From a virus (lineage: Duplodnaviria > Caudoviricetes), in the IMG/VR virus record IMGVR_UViG_3300019360_000011, positions 1 to 54,593 of that record: a stretch of DNA of 54,593 nt; one strand, 5' to 3'. The position numbers were made by a program, and so were the translations under genes. The notes beneath the pieces are model-generated. The model saw only the letters and a program-made list of their open reading frames with translations. It was not told the origin of the DNA and ran no database searches. This document shows positions 1 through 9,178 of this stretch, in pieces. Within the stretch, counting starts at the first letter, position 1; each line of letters starts with the position of its first letter.

Positions 1-123
1 CCGTTCCCGGCGAGCAGCGTGGTCACCTCGAACGCGATCTGGTCGATGGTCCCGCCCTTGAACGGGGCCACGAACGGGAAGGCGCGCAGCGTGCCCGCCG
101 ATGGAGCCCCGGTCACGAGCGCG
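1..123. repeat. Terminal direct repeat, left copy (circular-assembly overlap)
   Basis: Bases 1-123 are identical to 54471-54593 and lie inside a CDS that reads through the junction. Confidence 0.95.
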
Positions 124-605
124 TCGGCCGAGTTCTCACCCGCGACGTAGAAGGACGAGATCCCGGATAGGAGGTTCGTGTGCTGAAAGCCCTGGAAGCT
201 CATCCCACGGAAGTCGTAACCGCGTGACTGCCGCTCGTTGCCGGAGCTGTCGATGCACTTCCAGCCGAGCCCGTCCTGATAGACCAGCACGTCGCCAGGC
301 TGCAAGGAGAATGCGTTGAGCGGGAACTCCGAGGCGCTCACGTCGAGCTTGATCGTGATCGTGTGGGCCACCGTGTCCGAGTTGTAGATGTTGATGAACT
401 GGATCCGGCGCTTGAGGTTCGCTCCCGGAGCGGCCAGGAGCGTCGTGGTGCCCGTGGCCGTGAGGCTGAACTGGAAGCCTCCCCAGTCTACCACAGCCAT
501 GCTGGTGTCCAGCTCGACCCACGATCCGTTGATGTAGATCGGGTTCCCTGCGGTAGAGAAGTTCTGGAACTCCAGCGACTTCGTCGTGGCGTCGAGAACG
601 AGCAT
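1..605 (-). CDS. Head-region fibre/spike protein, 5' part; wraps the junction and ends at 54098 (about 325 aa)
   Basis: ATG at 605 (MLVLDATTKSLEF...) is open to base 1 and continues in frame into 54098..54586; N-terminal domain is paralogous to 610..1350; not in the ORF track. Confidence 0.8.
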   Translation of the reverse strand, partial: MLVLDATTKSLEFQNFSTAGNPIYINGSWVELDTSMAVVDWGGFQFSLTATGTTTLLAAPGANLKRRIQFINIYNSDTVAHTITIKLDVSASEFPLNAFSLQPGDVLVYQDGLGWKCIDSSGNERQSRGYDFRGMSFQGFQHTNLLSGISSFYVAGENSADALVTGAPSAGTLRAFPFVAPFKGGTIDQIAFEVTTLLAGN

Positions 606-609
606 GATC

Positions 610-1350
610 TTAGATCCTCAGGGCGACGCGAGCCATGACCTTGGCAGCACTAAGACCGGTCGGAGCCGCCCACGCTCCGTCCGCCCGAAGGAAATTGCTG
701 ACCCCTCCGCCGCTCGCGGGTGCGAGACCCTTGAGAAGCGAGGTGAAGACGTCCAGTAGGGCCGTAGCCTGAGTCCCCGTCAGGTCCTCGGGGTCTCCTG
801 TCGCGGCAGTGACCCGACCCTTGAAGGTCGACGTCGCGACGTTCGCGAGCTTCGCGTTGGTCACGCCGTCGTCGAGCAGCGACAGCGTTCGATCAGCCGA
901 CAGGTCACCACCACCAGCGAGCGGTGCGGTAGTGTTGATCGTCCGAGTCCCGGGGATCCCTCCGGTCTGCTTCAGGTTTCCGGCAGAGTCAAAGACCCGC
1001 CATCCCTCACCGTCGGCGTACTGGAGCTGGTCACCCGGAGCGATCGTGAACCGAGCCAGCATGAACTCGACCGCAGAGTCGTCCAGGATCACCTGGATCT
1101 GGTGCGAGACGGAGTCGAGGTTTATGACGGTGATGAGTCCGACCTTGTTGATCTGCCCGGCCGCCGGGACCGGCACCATCTCGACCGACGTGACACCGTT
1201 CGTGTTCCCGCGCGTCCCGAGAGCGTCGATGAAGTCCTGGGTCGATACGTTGATCCGGATGTAAGACGCGTTCCAGACTGCCTCGAGCGTGGAGATCGCC
1301 TCTCCGAGCTTGACCGTGAGCTTCTTCGTGGTCGCGTCGAGTAGGATCAC
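610..1350 (-). CDS. Fibre-like virion protein
   Basis: Start moved to GTG 1350 (GTGA overlap); fibre-type segments TTAPLAGGGDLSADRTL, VTNAKLANV, NFLRADGAW. Confidence 0.7.
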   Translation of the reverse strand: MILLDATTKKLTVKLGEAISTLEAVWNASYIRINVSTQDFIDALGTRGNTNGVTSVEMVPVPAAGQINKVGLITVINLDSVSHQIQVILDDSAVEFMLARFTIAPGDQLQYADGEGWRVFDSAGNLKQTGGIPGTRTINTTAPLAGGGDLSADRTLSLLDDGVTNAKLANVATSTFKGRVTAATGDPEDLTGTQATALLDVFTSLLKGLAPASGGGVSNFLRADGAWAAPTGLSAAKVMARVALRI

Positions 1351-1712
1351 GCACACCTCAGCGCTTGCTTGACCAGCATCTTCTTCATCGTGAGCCCGCC
1401 ACTCCCACCACCAGCGGCCCACTTGACGCCGAGCGTCTGTGCAGAGTCGGCCGTCAGGACGTCTCCATCCGAGCCCACCGGCAGACGTGCGGTGTCGAGC
1501 CCGTCGTGCGTGAGCAGATCACCCTTGGTCGTGAGCCCGACTCCGGTGCCTCCGGCCGTGTTGATCCACTCAAGCCCGTCGCAGTAGCGCAGCTGTCCAC
1601 CGACGAGAATCACGCGGTTCAGATACTCTGGGCCAGGCTCCGGCTCCTCTCCGAGCGCGTACGCCGGGATGGCCGCGACCCCGAGCCGGACCGGCCGCTT
1701 GAAGATCGGCAC
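1347..1712 (-). CDS. Fibre-like virion protein
   Basis: LTTKGDLLT...RLPVGSDGDVLTADSAQTLGVKW is a typical phage fibre repeat; coupled to both neighbours. Confidence 0.7.
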   Translation of the reverse strand: MPIFKRPVRLGVAAIPAYALGEEPEPGPEYLNRVILVGGQLRYCDGLEWINTAGGTGVGLTTKGDLLTHDGLDTARLPVGSDGDVLTADSAQTLGVKWAAGGGSGGLTMKKMLVKQALRCA

Positions 1713-3019
1713 TAGCCTCTGCCTCTCGGGACGAACAGATCCTCGTAGCAGTCACAGTGCGGGTGCGCGGGCGGAGCCTCGATCTCTCGTCCATCGGGCA
1801 GCTCCCAGACCCCGAAGAGCCCGATCGAGGTTCCGACCATCTCGTCGCAGATCACGGGGCAGCTGTCGCCTCGAGGATGCCACACCCTCTCGACGTTGCT
1901 CGGCAGGTCTTCCGCGCGCCAGATCTCGAGCTGCGCCAGACTCCGCGCACGCCGGAGCTCAAAGGAGACGATCGACTGGGCGCGCGCGAGCAGCAGTCGG
2001 CGCTCGTAGCGGTCGGCCCAGCCTCGGACCTGCGAGTCGGTCAGACCGTTCCTCGGCACACGAACCGAGAGCAGCCCGTTCTCCACCGTCGTGCCGCCCT
2101 GTGCTCCCCGCAGACGAGCGACAAAGTTGGCGATCGCCTCGTCCTGCGCGGTGTTCGGCTCCAGCTGCCGCGCGATCCGCCCCGCCAGGATCGACTCGCT
2201 CTGGCCGGTCACGAGGCCACCGGCGATCATCCCTCGGAACACGTCGCGCTGCGCCTCGCTGAGGTCCGCGAGCTCGAGACCGTTGCGACGCACCCAGCGC
2301 GCGGCGATCGGGTCGACCTCGACGCGAGAGGACCGACGCGCGACGCGCCACTCGCTCATGTCACGGAGGGTGACGCCTTGAGCGCCACGCGCGCAGGGAG
2401 CTACCTCTATCTTGATGCCACGATCCTCCAGGTCATCGATCTCTTCCTGCGTGACAGGGAACGTCGGACGGCCCTTGCTCTCGACACCATGCTTGCACTC
2501 CGGCAGATGGATCACCGCACGGAAGTTCACACCTGTCATCACGACACCGATGGCACCCTTCGGGATGGCGAGGTCGCCTACCTCGCCAGGACGACCACGA
2601 TGCCCGTGGTTCCCTGAGCCAGACCCGCCCAGCAGCCGCAGCCCGTCCACGATCGCGTGCTGGAGATCCGTCGAGCTCTCGAAGACGTCCAGGCCGTCGA
2701 TCACGATCGCGAGAGCGCTCGCGCGCTCGGACGTCGGGGCCACTCCTCCGAGCGAGTTGACGTCAGCGAAGACTCGATGGATGTCGTCGTCAGACGTGGC
2801 GTGGATCTCGAGACGCCCGATGTCGGTGACTAGCTTCTCCCATCGCCGCTGACGCCGGTCCTCGCGGTCTCCGCCCGGAGAGCTGCCGCCGATCTCGCCG
2901 GGCCTGCCGGCGTGCCCGAAGTTGCCGGAGCCTGGCCCACCCGCGACGCGAGGCTGCGCCGACAGGCGCGGAACGACCGCCCGGTAGCGCACCTCGGAGC
3001 GGAGAGCCCGATACCTCAT
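1712..3019 (-). CDS. MuF/SPP1 gp7-like head morphogenesis protein with N-terminal extensions
   Basis: Directly after portal; C-terminal C-x3-C and PPAHPHCDC motif. Confidence 0.8.
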   Translation of the reverse strand: MRYRALRSEVRYRAVVPRLSAQPRVAGGPGSGNFGHAGRPGEIGGSSPGGDREDRRQRRWEKLVTDIGRLEIHATSDDDIHRVFADVNSLGGVAPTSERASALAIVIDGLDVFESSTDLQHAIVDGLRLLGGSGSGNHGHRGRPGEVGDLAIPKGAIGVVMTGVNFRAVIHLPECKHGVESKGRPTFPVTQEEIDDLEDRGIKIEVAPCARGAQGVTLRDMSEWRVARRSSRVEVDPIAARWVRRNGLELADLSEAQRDVFRGMIAGGLVTGQSESILAGRIARQLEPNTAQDEAIANFVARLRGAQGGTTVENGLLSVRVPRNGLTDSQVRGWADRYERRLLLARAQSIVSFELRRARSLAQLEIWRAEDLPSNVERVWHPRGDSCPVICDEMVGTSIGLFGVWELPDGREIEAPPAHPHCDCYEDLFVPRGRG

Positions 3020-4464
3020 CCCGCGCTCTGCTCCCCTGGCGCGGTCCCGTCGGCTCCGACCTGCGTCGGGTCAGCGTCCTCCGGCAGAGGCTTCAGCCCG
3101 CGCTCCTTGCGCACGGCGTTGATGCTCGCGATCTTGTCGGCCCGCTTCTTCTCGTCCTCCACCGCCTGCTTTCCCTCGAACTCCATCAGCTGCTCGGGAG
3201 AGAGCGGCTCGAGGCGCAGCACGCGGTCTCGGATCTCGGCGGGCAGCACCACCGGACCACCGGCTGACTTGCTCAGGCCGGACCAGTCCTTCGCGATGGT
3301 GGAGCGCTCGTTCTGGGTGAGCGACTCGATCTCCGGCCACCGCACCTCGTACTCGGTCGGAGCCGGCAGCGCACCGTGCTCGATCAGGGTGTTCACGAGG
3401 GGACGCACGATCATCGGCTCGGCGTAGTCGGAGCGGCGGTCCGTGACGCGCGTGTCCCAGTTCTCGCGGTCCTGCGTGCTCGCCAGCTCGCCACGCTCGC
3501 TGCCCATCAGGATCCGCTTCGGGATCCCCGTGCTGCCGGAGACGAGCCCGAGCAGCCCGTCGAGCTGGTTCGCGAAGTTCGACACGTCGCTGCCGAGCGG
3601 CGTCACCTCCATGCCGCGCGTCAGCATGGTGCGGCGCATCTGATGGACGAACTCGTCCATCTGCTCCTTCGTCTTCTGGACGTCCGGCTCCGACATCTCG
3701 ACGTCCTTCTCGAGGTTGAACAGCAGGCCCTGGTGGACGCGCAGCCAGAAAGCCTCGCTGCCACCGCCGCTCACCTTCTCGAGGTCGTCGAGGAAGTTCC
3801 ACACCGGAGCGAGGCGCGCGTCCCCGAACACCCGATCGTCCAGCGTGTCCTCCGCGACGTGGATGAGCCGCGTCCAGTGCACGCGGACGCTGAACGCCTT
3901 CTGCTTCATCGCCCCGCTGATCGCGCGTCGCGAGAGCGTGTACATCGTCGGGAGCCCGAATCGCGCGTTCTCGGGGTCCTCCTCGTACGTCGTGATCACC
4001 GCCTCGTCCTCGCCGTAAGCCTGGAGGTAGAGGACGTCCTCCTGCGAGGACATCTGCTGAAGCTCCTCGCTCAGATTGCCTGGCGCTCCGATCAGCAGCA
4101 CCGCGTAGCGTCCGAGCCCGACGAGGACGTCCAGCCGCGAGAGCGCGGCCCACACGCCGATGCGGTCGTTCAGCGCGACCCACGCCTCCTCGAACGGCGT
4201 GCTGACCTGGGGATCCTGGTCCTCCACCAGCTCGGCTCCACCGCGCCACGTCGCCTCGGGGTACGCGCGCGCCACGCGACGCGCGATGCCGTTGCGCTCG
4301 TAGCGCGAGCGGAAGTCCGTCGGGCGCAGCACGCGCTGGTACCCGAGCGCCTCGTACAGGTCCCGCTTGCCGCCGAACGTGATGCCCGCGCGGCTCGCTA
4401 GCCCAGCACGGCTGATGATGTCGCTCAACACCCGGAGCGGGGCCATCTGGAACAGCTTCGCCAT
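3016..4464 (-). CDS. Portal protein (DUF1073-like)
   Basis: Follows TerL; 482 aa; YERNGIARR, VHWTRLIH and TGIPKRILMGSERGELASTQD motifs. Confidence 0.85.
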   Translation of the reverse strand: MAKLFQMAPLRVLSDIISRAGLASRAGITFGGKRDLYEALGYQRVLRPTDFRSRYERNGIARRVARAYPEATWRGGAELVEDQDPQVSTPFEEAWVALNDRIGVWAALSRLDVLVGLGRYAVLLIGAPGNLSEELQQMSSQEDVLYLQAYGEDEAVITTYEEDPENARFGLPTMYTLSRRAISGAMKQKAFSVRVHWTRLIHVAEDTLDDRVFGDARLAPVWNFLDDLEKVSGGGSEAFWLRVHQGLLFNLEKDVEMSEPDVQKTKEQMDEFVHQMRRTMLTRGMEVTPLGSDVSNFANQLDGLLGLVSGSTGIPKRILMGSERGELASTQDRENWDTRVTDRRSDYAEPMIVRPLVNTLIEHGALPAPTEYEVRWPEIESLTQNERSTIAKDWSGLSKSAGGPVVLPAEIRDRVLRLEPLSPEQLMEFEGKQAVEDEKKRADKIASINAVRKERGLKPLPEDADPTQVGADGTAPGEQSAG

Positions 4465-5798
4465 CAGAGTGCTCCTCCGACGATCCTCGAGCGACGCGTC
4501 TCCTCGATCGCGTACCGAAGCGCGTCGATCAGGTGGTTGCTCTCGTCGACGAGGATCGGCATCACGACGCCGCTCAGCTGGTCGACCTTATAAGAGTAGT
4601 ACGTCAGCTCGTTGATGAGGTTCTTGCAGCGCGGATGAACGATGATGTCGTAACTCTGGAGGAACGCGATGCCCTCCTCCACGCTGTTCGCTCCCTTGAT
4701 CGAGGGACGCATCCGGCGATACCCGTGGCGCTGGAGGTGGCTGATCGTCTCCGGCCGCGCGCTGTCCGCCGTGACCACCTCCCCACGCGCGACGCCGTGC
4801 CCGGGGCGACGACAGTGCGTCGGCGCCACGTCGCAGCTTCCCTCACACGTGAGCCCGTCGAAGAAGTGCGGCGTGTTCTCGATGTCGAGCCCAACGCGAT
4901 AGCGCTCGTAGTCGACGCACAGCGTCCGACTGTCCTTGAAGAAGCAACGCACCATCGTGGTCGGGTCCGTCGCGAAGCCCCAGTCCGACCCGTACAGGAA
5001 ACGCTTGCTCTCCGACACGAACTCCTCGACGCGCCAGTTCTTGAAGACGCGCGCCTCGCTGATCTTGCGGTACTCACCCTCCCACACGTGCGCCTTCTTG
5101 TCCGGGTCACGACGCTCGTCCCACGCGATCTCGTCCTTCATCTCCTGCGGGAGATACGGATTGTCGCGCCACGACGTGCGCACCGAGATCGCGGACGGGG
5201 GCGGGACATCTCCGCGGAAGAACTCGTCGATCGGGTCGGTCGGGTCGATCGGGTTCCACGAGGCCCAGATCTCGCTGCCCTCCTTACGGATCGTGGGACG
5301 CAGGAGGTCCAGGCTACGCCGAGAGAGGCTCTGCGCCTCCTCGACCCACGCGACGTCGTAGCCTTCCAGCGACTTCAGCGAGTCGGCGGTGTGGTCCTGC
5401 ATGCCCTGGAAGATGATGACTCCCCCGCTGCCGTTGACGCTCGACTGGATCGACGTGTTGAGAGTCCTGAAGCGACCGCGATAGCCCATCGCGACGATCT
5501 TGTCCTCGATGAGCCGCTTCACCGACTGCTCCAGGGAGCGCTGGATCTCGCGGACGCACACGACGCGCAGAGATGGCTGCTCGACACAGCGTCGCACGAG
5601 GTACTCCGCGAAGAAGTGACTCTTCGCCCCGCCCCGACCGCCGTACGCACCCTTATAGCGTGAGCGCGCCAGGAGCGGCTGGAACGCCGGCAGCACGCGC
5701 GTCGGCCACTCCGCCGCAGAGAGCTGGCGCTGACGAAACTCGTCGTAGCGTCGGTCGGCCACGTCGTCGAAGTCGAAGTCGAGGACGGCCGAGCTCAA
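4464..5798 (-). CDS. terL: Terminase large subunit, PBSX/SPP1-like
   Basis: GGRGGAKS Walker A, WVEEAQ Walker B, WNP, DWGF and NHLIDALRYA nuclease motifs. Confidence 0.95.
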   Translation of the reverse strand: MSSAVLDFDFDDVADRRYDEFRQRQLSAAEWPTRVLPAFQPLLARSRYKGAYGGRGGAKSHFFAEYLVRRCVEQPSLRVVCVREIQRSLEQSVKRLIEDKIVAMGYRGRFRTLNTSIQSSVNGSGGVIIFQGMQDHTADSLKSLEGYDVAWVEEAQSLSRRSLDLLRPTIRKEGSEIWASWNPIDPTDPIDEFFRGDVPPPSAISVRTSWRDNPYLPQEMKDEIAWDERRDPDKKAHVWEGEYRKISEARVFKNWRVEEFVSESKRFLYGSDWGFATDPTTMVRCFFKDSRTLCVDYERYRVGLDIENTPHFFDGLTCEGSCDVAPTHCRRPGHGVARGEVVTADSARPETISHLQRHGYRRMRPSIKGANSVEEGIAFLQSYDIIVHPRCKNLINELTYYSYKVDQLSGVVMPILVDESNHLIDALRYAIEETRRSRIVGGAL

Positions 5799-6298
5799 GG
5801 GGTCACCACCGTGGCCGAGACGTCTATGGGAGGTAGCGCAGACGCGCTCTGCGCGGCGACGAGACGGTTGCGCGCCAGCTCGCGGATCTTGAAGAGCTCC
5901 TCCGACTCCTCAGGAGTGAGGTACTCGATCCACGCGCTGCGTCCGTCGTCCACGCTCACGCTGGCCTTCATCCCCATCTGCGGCGTCCGATCGAGCAGCG
6001 CGATCAGCGCCCGGATCTTGGTCTCGTCGTTCCTCGGCATCCCGCGACCGCAGAGCACGCACGGGTCTTCCTCCGGAGAGTCCTTCGTGAACTCCTCGAG
6101 ACGCTCGGAGAACGCGAGAGCGTTCGCCTCCAGCCACTTCAGTGCCTCTCGTGTGGTGCTCCTCGGTCCGCCCGGGACTGCGCGTCGCGGATCGAAGCCC
6201 GGACGGAAGAGATGCGCGGGTCTCGCTGACTGGTTGCTGTCTGGAGGCACACTCGGTCCGTCCTCGCGCACTGGCGTCGTCGTCGGACCAACGTTCAT
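5795..6298 (-). CDS. Putative terminase small subunit
   Basis: Overlaps TerL start; FRPGFDPRR N-terminal motif; assignment mainly positional. Confidence 0.55.
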   Translation of the reverse strand: MNVGPTTTPVREDGPSVPPDSNQSARPAHLFRPGFDPRRAVPGGPRSTTREALKWLEANALAFSERLEEFTKDSPEEDPCVLCGRGMPRNDETKIRALIALLDRTPQMGMKASVSVDDGRSAWIEYLTPEESEELFKIRELARNRLVAAQSASALPPIDVSATVVTP

Positions 6299-6476
6299 CT
6301 CGGGGACGAATGGTACGCCGAACGTTTGCCCGATGTAAAGGAAAATATTCCGACGACTCCTAAGTCATACCCACCCTACTGGAGTTAGGACCGGCCACCC
6401 ACCTGAAAGCAGGAGTACTCGTGTGCGCCCTTTAATGAAGACGCGCGCGGGCGCGCGCGGGGGGGGACCAAACCTC

Positions 6477-6725
6477 GGCGGCATTGGGCGGTAAAGACTC
6501 GATAGAGGACGCCACCCATTACCGCCGAGTCGGCGGCATTGGGCGGCATTGGGGAACCTCGGCGGTATTGGGGAAACCCGAGGTTTTCTCGTTACCACCC
6601 TCATTTCATCCTCTATCGAGTCTTTACCGCCCAATGCCGCCCAATGCCGCCCAATACCGCCGAACCATACCACATCCCTAACTCACTCATACTATTAGTA
6701 TAGAACCAATACCGCCCAATGCCGC
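6477..6725. repeat. Iteron/inverted-repeat array, putative replication origin
   Basis: Nine copies of CCAATRCCGC (four on -, five on +); perfect 33-bp inverted repeat 6477-6509/6609-6641; AT-rich patch near 6680-6705; directly downstream of the helicase. Confidence 0.7.
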
Positions 6726-6795
6726 CGAGCTATCTACACGGGACCCCGCCGCGCACACCCCCATCACGGGGCGTAACCGGGGACCCTGTCGTGAG

Positions 6796-8028
6796 TTACA
6801 GCTCTTCGGTGGGCTCCGGTCCGAGCTCTGTCTGGACCTCGACACCGGGTCTCGCCCAGATCGCGCGGGGTGGAAATCCTGTCGACATGCGCGACAGGCC
6901 GAGCGCCTTGCGGGCTCGCTCGACAAGACGCTCGCTGTGGTGCGCCTTCTTCGCAGCGTCTTTTATGTCGCTGGACCAAGCCCACCCGCTCTTCGTCTTC
7001 TCCATGAAGGACCGCAACCACTCTACTGCGTCGTTCGTCTTACCGGCGTTATTCGTAGCCACGTCATAGACCACATCGTTGATGGAGATCTCGCTCACCC
7101 CTTGCCACACGACGCGAGAGGTCCGCAATGCAAAGCCAGTCCCATTCACCTCAGTGCCCTCGATCGTGAAGAGCATCGTGGGTGAGTCATCACCGCTCAG
7201 TCCGGTGTTATTCTTCGGGACGCCGAGCAATCGTTGCTTGGGATTGTTCGGGTCACGTACGACGTACTGGACCGCACGTGATGTCGCTACGAACGCTCGG
7301 CTGCCCATCACGGTGGTCAGTGGGTCGCTGGCGTTGCTCTTGTTCACATGGATAACGCCGATGGTGGTCACGCTTGAGTCCTGGCTCAACTTCGCTATCG
7401 GCTCCAGTCCCTGGCGCACGGTCTGATCCTTGTGGCTGTCCAGCCTGCTACTCAGCCGCGACATGAGCGGATCAAGCAGCATCGCCACAGCGCGGGTCTC
7501 TTCCACCTTAGCCTGGATCTGTTTGATGTCGTCGGGTAGACTGAGGGTGAACTCGCCGATCTCCTCGACGTGCACGGTCGCCTTATAGACTAAGCCGAGA
7601 TCTGCTCCTGCTGCCATCAAGCGCGGAACCACCGTCTTAGGCCAGCTGTCCTCTGTCGCGACGATGATGACCGCGCGCGGTTCGCCGAAGAAGTGCCCGT
7701 GTAGCTGGCCTCGTGTTACGCGGGCGAGAAGCTCGTATCCGAGCGTGGACTTTCCCTCGTTCTCGCGCCCGGCGATCAGCGTCAACTCCCCGAGGGGGAT
7801 GCGTCCGATAGGCTGATCCCCAAAGTGCCGATGGAAACGTGGCGGGGGTGTCTCCTCCCAGAACCACAACGTCTGTTCGGGCCGGATCGAGTCGGCTCGG
7901 GTGAGTACCACCTTCCGCGCGGCGCTCTCCTCCTCACGCACCTGGCGTTCGGCGAGCTTATCGATGCGGCGGCTGACGATGCGCTCTTTCAGCTTCTTAG
8001 TGAGAGTAGAGTCCTCGACCTTTACCAC
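6796..8028 (-). CDS. RepA-like (AAA_25-type) replicative helicase
   Basis: GRENEGKST Walker A, LLDP Walker B, IHVNK, MGSRAF, KNN motifs. Confidence 0.85.
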   Translation of the reverse strand: MVKVEDSTLTKKLKERIVSRRIDKLAERQVREEESAARKVVLTRADSIRPEQTLWFWEETPPPRFHRHFGDQPIGRIPLGELTLIAGRENEGKSTLGYELLARVTRGQLHGHFFGEPRAVIIVATEDSWPKTVVPRLMAAGADLGLVYKATVHVEEIGEFTLSLPDDIKQIQAKVEETRAVAMLLDPLMSRLSSRLDSHKDQTVRQGLEPIAKLSQDSSVTTIGVIHVNKSNASDPLTTVMGSRAFVATSRAVQYVVRDPNNPKQRLLGVPKNNTGLSGDDSPTMLFTIEGTEVNGTGFALRTSRVVWQGVSEISINDVVYDVATNNAGKTNDAVEWLRSFMEKTKSGWAWSSDIKDAAKKAHHSERLVERARKALGLSRMSTGFPPRAIWARPGVEVQTELGPEPTEEL

Positions 8029-8915
8029 TTGACACCCCGCATGAGCCTGTCCACGATGCTGTCGTCCACGAGGGTGTCGAGCACCTCGCTGTTGATCTCG
8101 CCGACGCCGAGTGCCCTCCCGATCGCCCGGCGATGGTCACGGTCGCCAGGGGCGTAGGCACAGCCGTAGCGTCCGTCGTTGCCTAAGAAGGCGTTGTCGC
8201 GGTGGCGGTCGTGTCCCTCCTCGTGGCAGCGCGGGCACTGGAACTTGGCGCCCTTGGAGCGGCGACGGTGGCCCGGCTGGCGCCGAGCGCGCTCGTGCAT
8301 CTCCGCCGGGGTGGGTCCGCCCCAGGGCTCCTCCTCGGGGTGTCCCTCGGTAGACTCTGGGATCCAGGCGGGTCGCGCCTCGGTGGTGAGGTGCTCGAGC
8401 CACGCGGGTGGTAATACGTAGGCAGGCAGCAGCGGGTCGCCGATCCAGCGGTAGTGGCCTCCGGCGGGCACCCCGCGCTTCTCGCTCCCTGGGTACGGGG
8501 ACGGCGGCAGGAGCACCTGCTGCCTCGGGCCGCGGATCACGTCGCCCACCCGCTCGTCGCCTAACGCGAGCCGAGAGCTCAGGCTCACCTCGGGACGATG
8601 GAAATAGGCGTGCGTGCCGCCGCTCGGGCTCGTGCTGGTCAGGGGGATCGGGCCGAGCAGTGAGCAGAGGGTCTCGAGCGACCCGACGACGTCGAAGTCG
8701 AGCACTACGAGGCCGCTGGTGTAGACGTCTAGCCCGACGCCTCCTCCGCGCGACAGGTGGTTCCTGACTGCTCTGGGGTCAGAGGTCGAGCACTCCTCCC
8801 AGGTCCGGCCCGAGAGCAGCCTCTTGGTCCCCGGCTCCAGGAGGACCGCCGTCCAGTGTCGGTTCCGAATCGCGTCGAGAGTGGTGGCTAGGTCGTTCTC
8901 TGCCTGTGTCTTCAT
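8022..8915 (-). CDS. Bifunctional DNA primase/polymerase (prim-pol) with C-terminal Zn-binding region
   Basis: LVVLDFD, SPSGGTHAYF, VLLPPS motifs; CPRC...C. Confidence 0.85.
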   Translation of the reverse strand: MKTQAENDLATTLDAIRNRHWTAVLLEPGTKRLLSGRTWEECSTSDPRAVRNHLSRGGGVGLDVYTSGLVVLDFDVVGSLETLCSLLGPIPLTSTSPSGGTHAYFHRPEVSLSSRLALGDERVGDVIRGPRQQVLLPPSPYPGSEKRGVPAGGHYRWIGDPLLPAYVLPPAWLEHLTTEARPAWIPESTEGHPEEEPWGGPTPAEMHERARRQPGHRRRSKGAKFQCPRCHEEGHDRHRDNAFLGNDGRYGCAYAPGDRDHRRAIGRALGVGEINSEVLDTLVDDSIVDRLMRGVKW

Positions 8916-8924
8916 GAGACGTCC

Positions 8925-9143
8925 TCAGAAGAGGCGCAGCTGCGCGGGAGGAGCCGGTGGAGGGGTGGCAGGAGGCCTCTCCCTGTAGAGGGGCCCCTGT
9001 ACGTACACCCAGTCCCACAGCACTCGTCCACAGGGACAGACGCTACGGTCCGACACGAGCTGGCCAAGCCGGTACTCGTAGGCCAGAGACGCGATGACCA
9101 GCTCTCGGCACGACGGGCACCACTGTAGGGTCGTCTTAGGCAC
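8925..9143 (-). CDS. Small zinc-ribbon protein
   Basis: CPSC...CPCG. Confidence 0.5.
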   Translation of the reverse strand: MPKTTLQWCPSCRELVIASLAYEYRLGQLVSDRSVCPCGRVLWDWVYVQGPLYRERPPATPPPAPPAQLRLF

Positions 9144-9165
9144 CTAACTATCTCCCGAGTGGAAA

Positions 9166-9178
9166 ACTAAATTAAAGG
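9166..9178. promoter_or_regulatory. Operator-like box (one mismatch) upstream of the primase/helicase genes
   Basis: ACTAAATTAAAGG matches CCTAAATTAAAGG at 12 of 13 positions. Confidence 0.6.

Noticed and set aside
3016-4464. Anti-CBASS Acb1 label often attached to DUF1073 proteins
   Set aside because: Position and size indicate portal; no 2H phosphodiesterase HxT/S pair was recognised
6477-6725. CRISPR array or coding ORFs (6365..6673, 6484..6681)
   Set aside because: Repeats are 10 bp, tandem and in both orientations with no spacers or cas genes; the ORFs are low-complexity translations of the repeats
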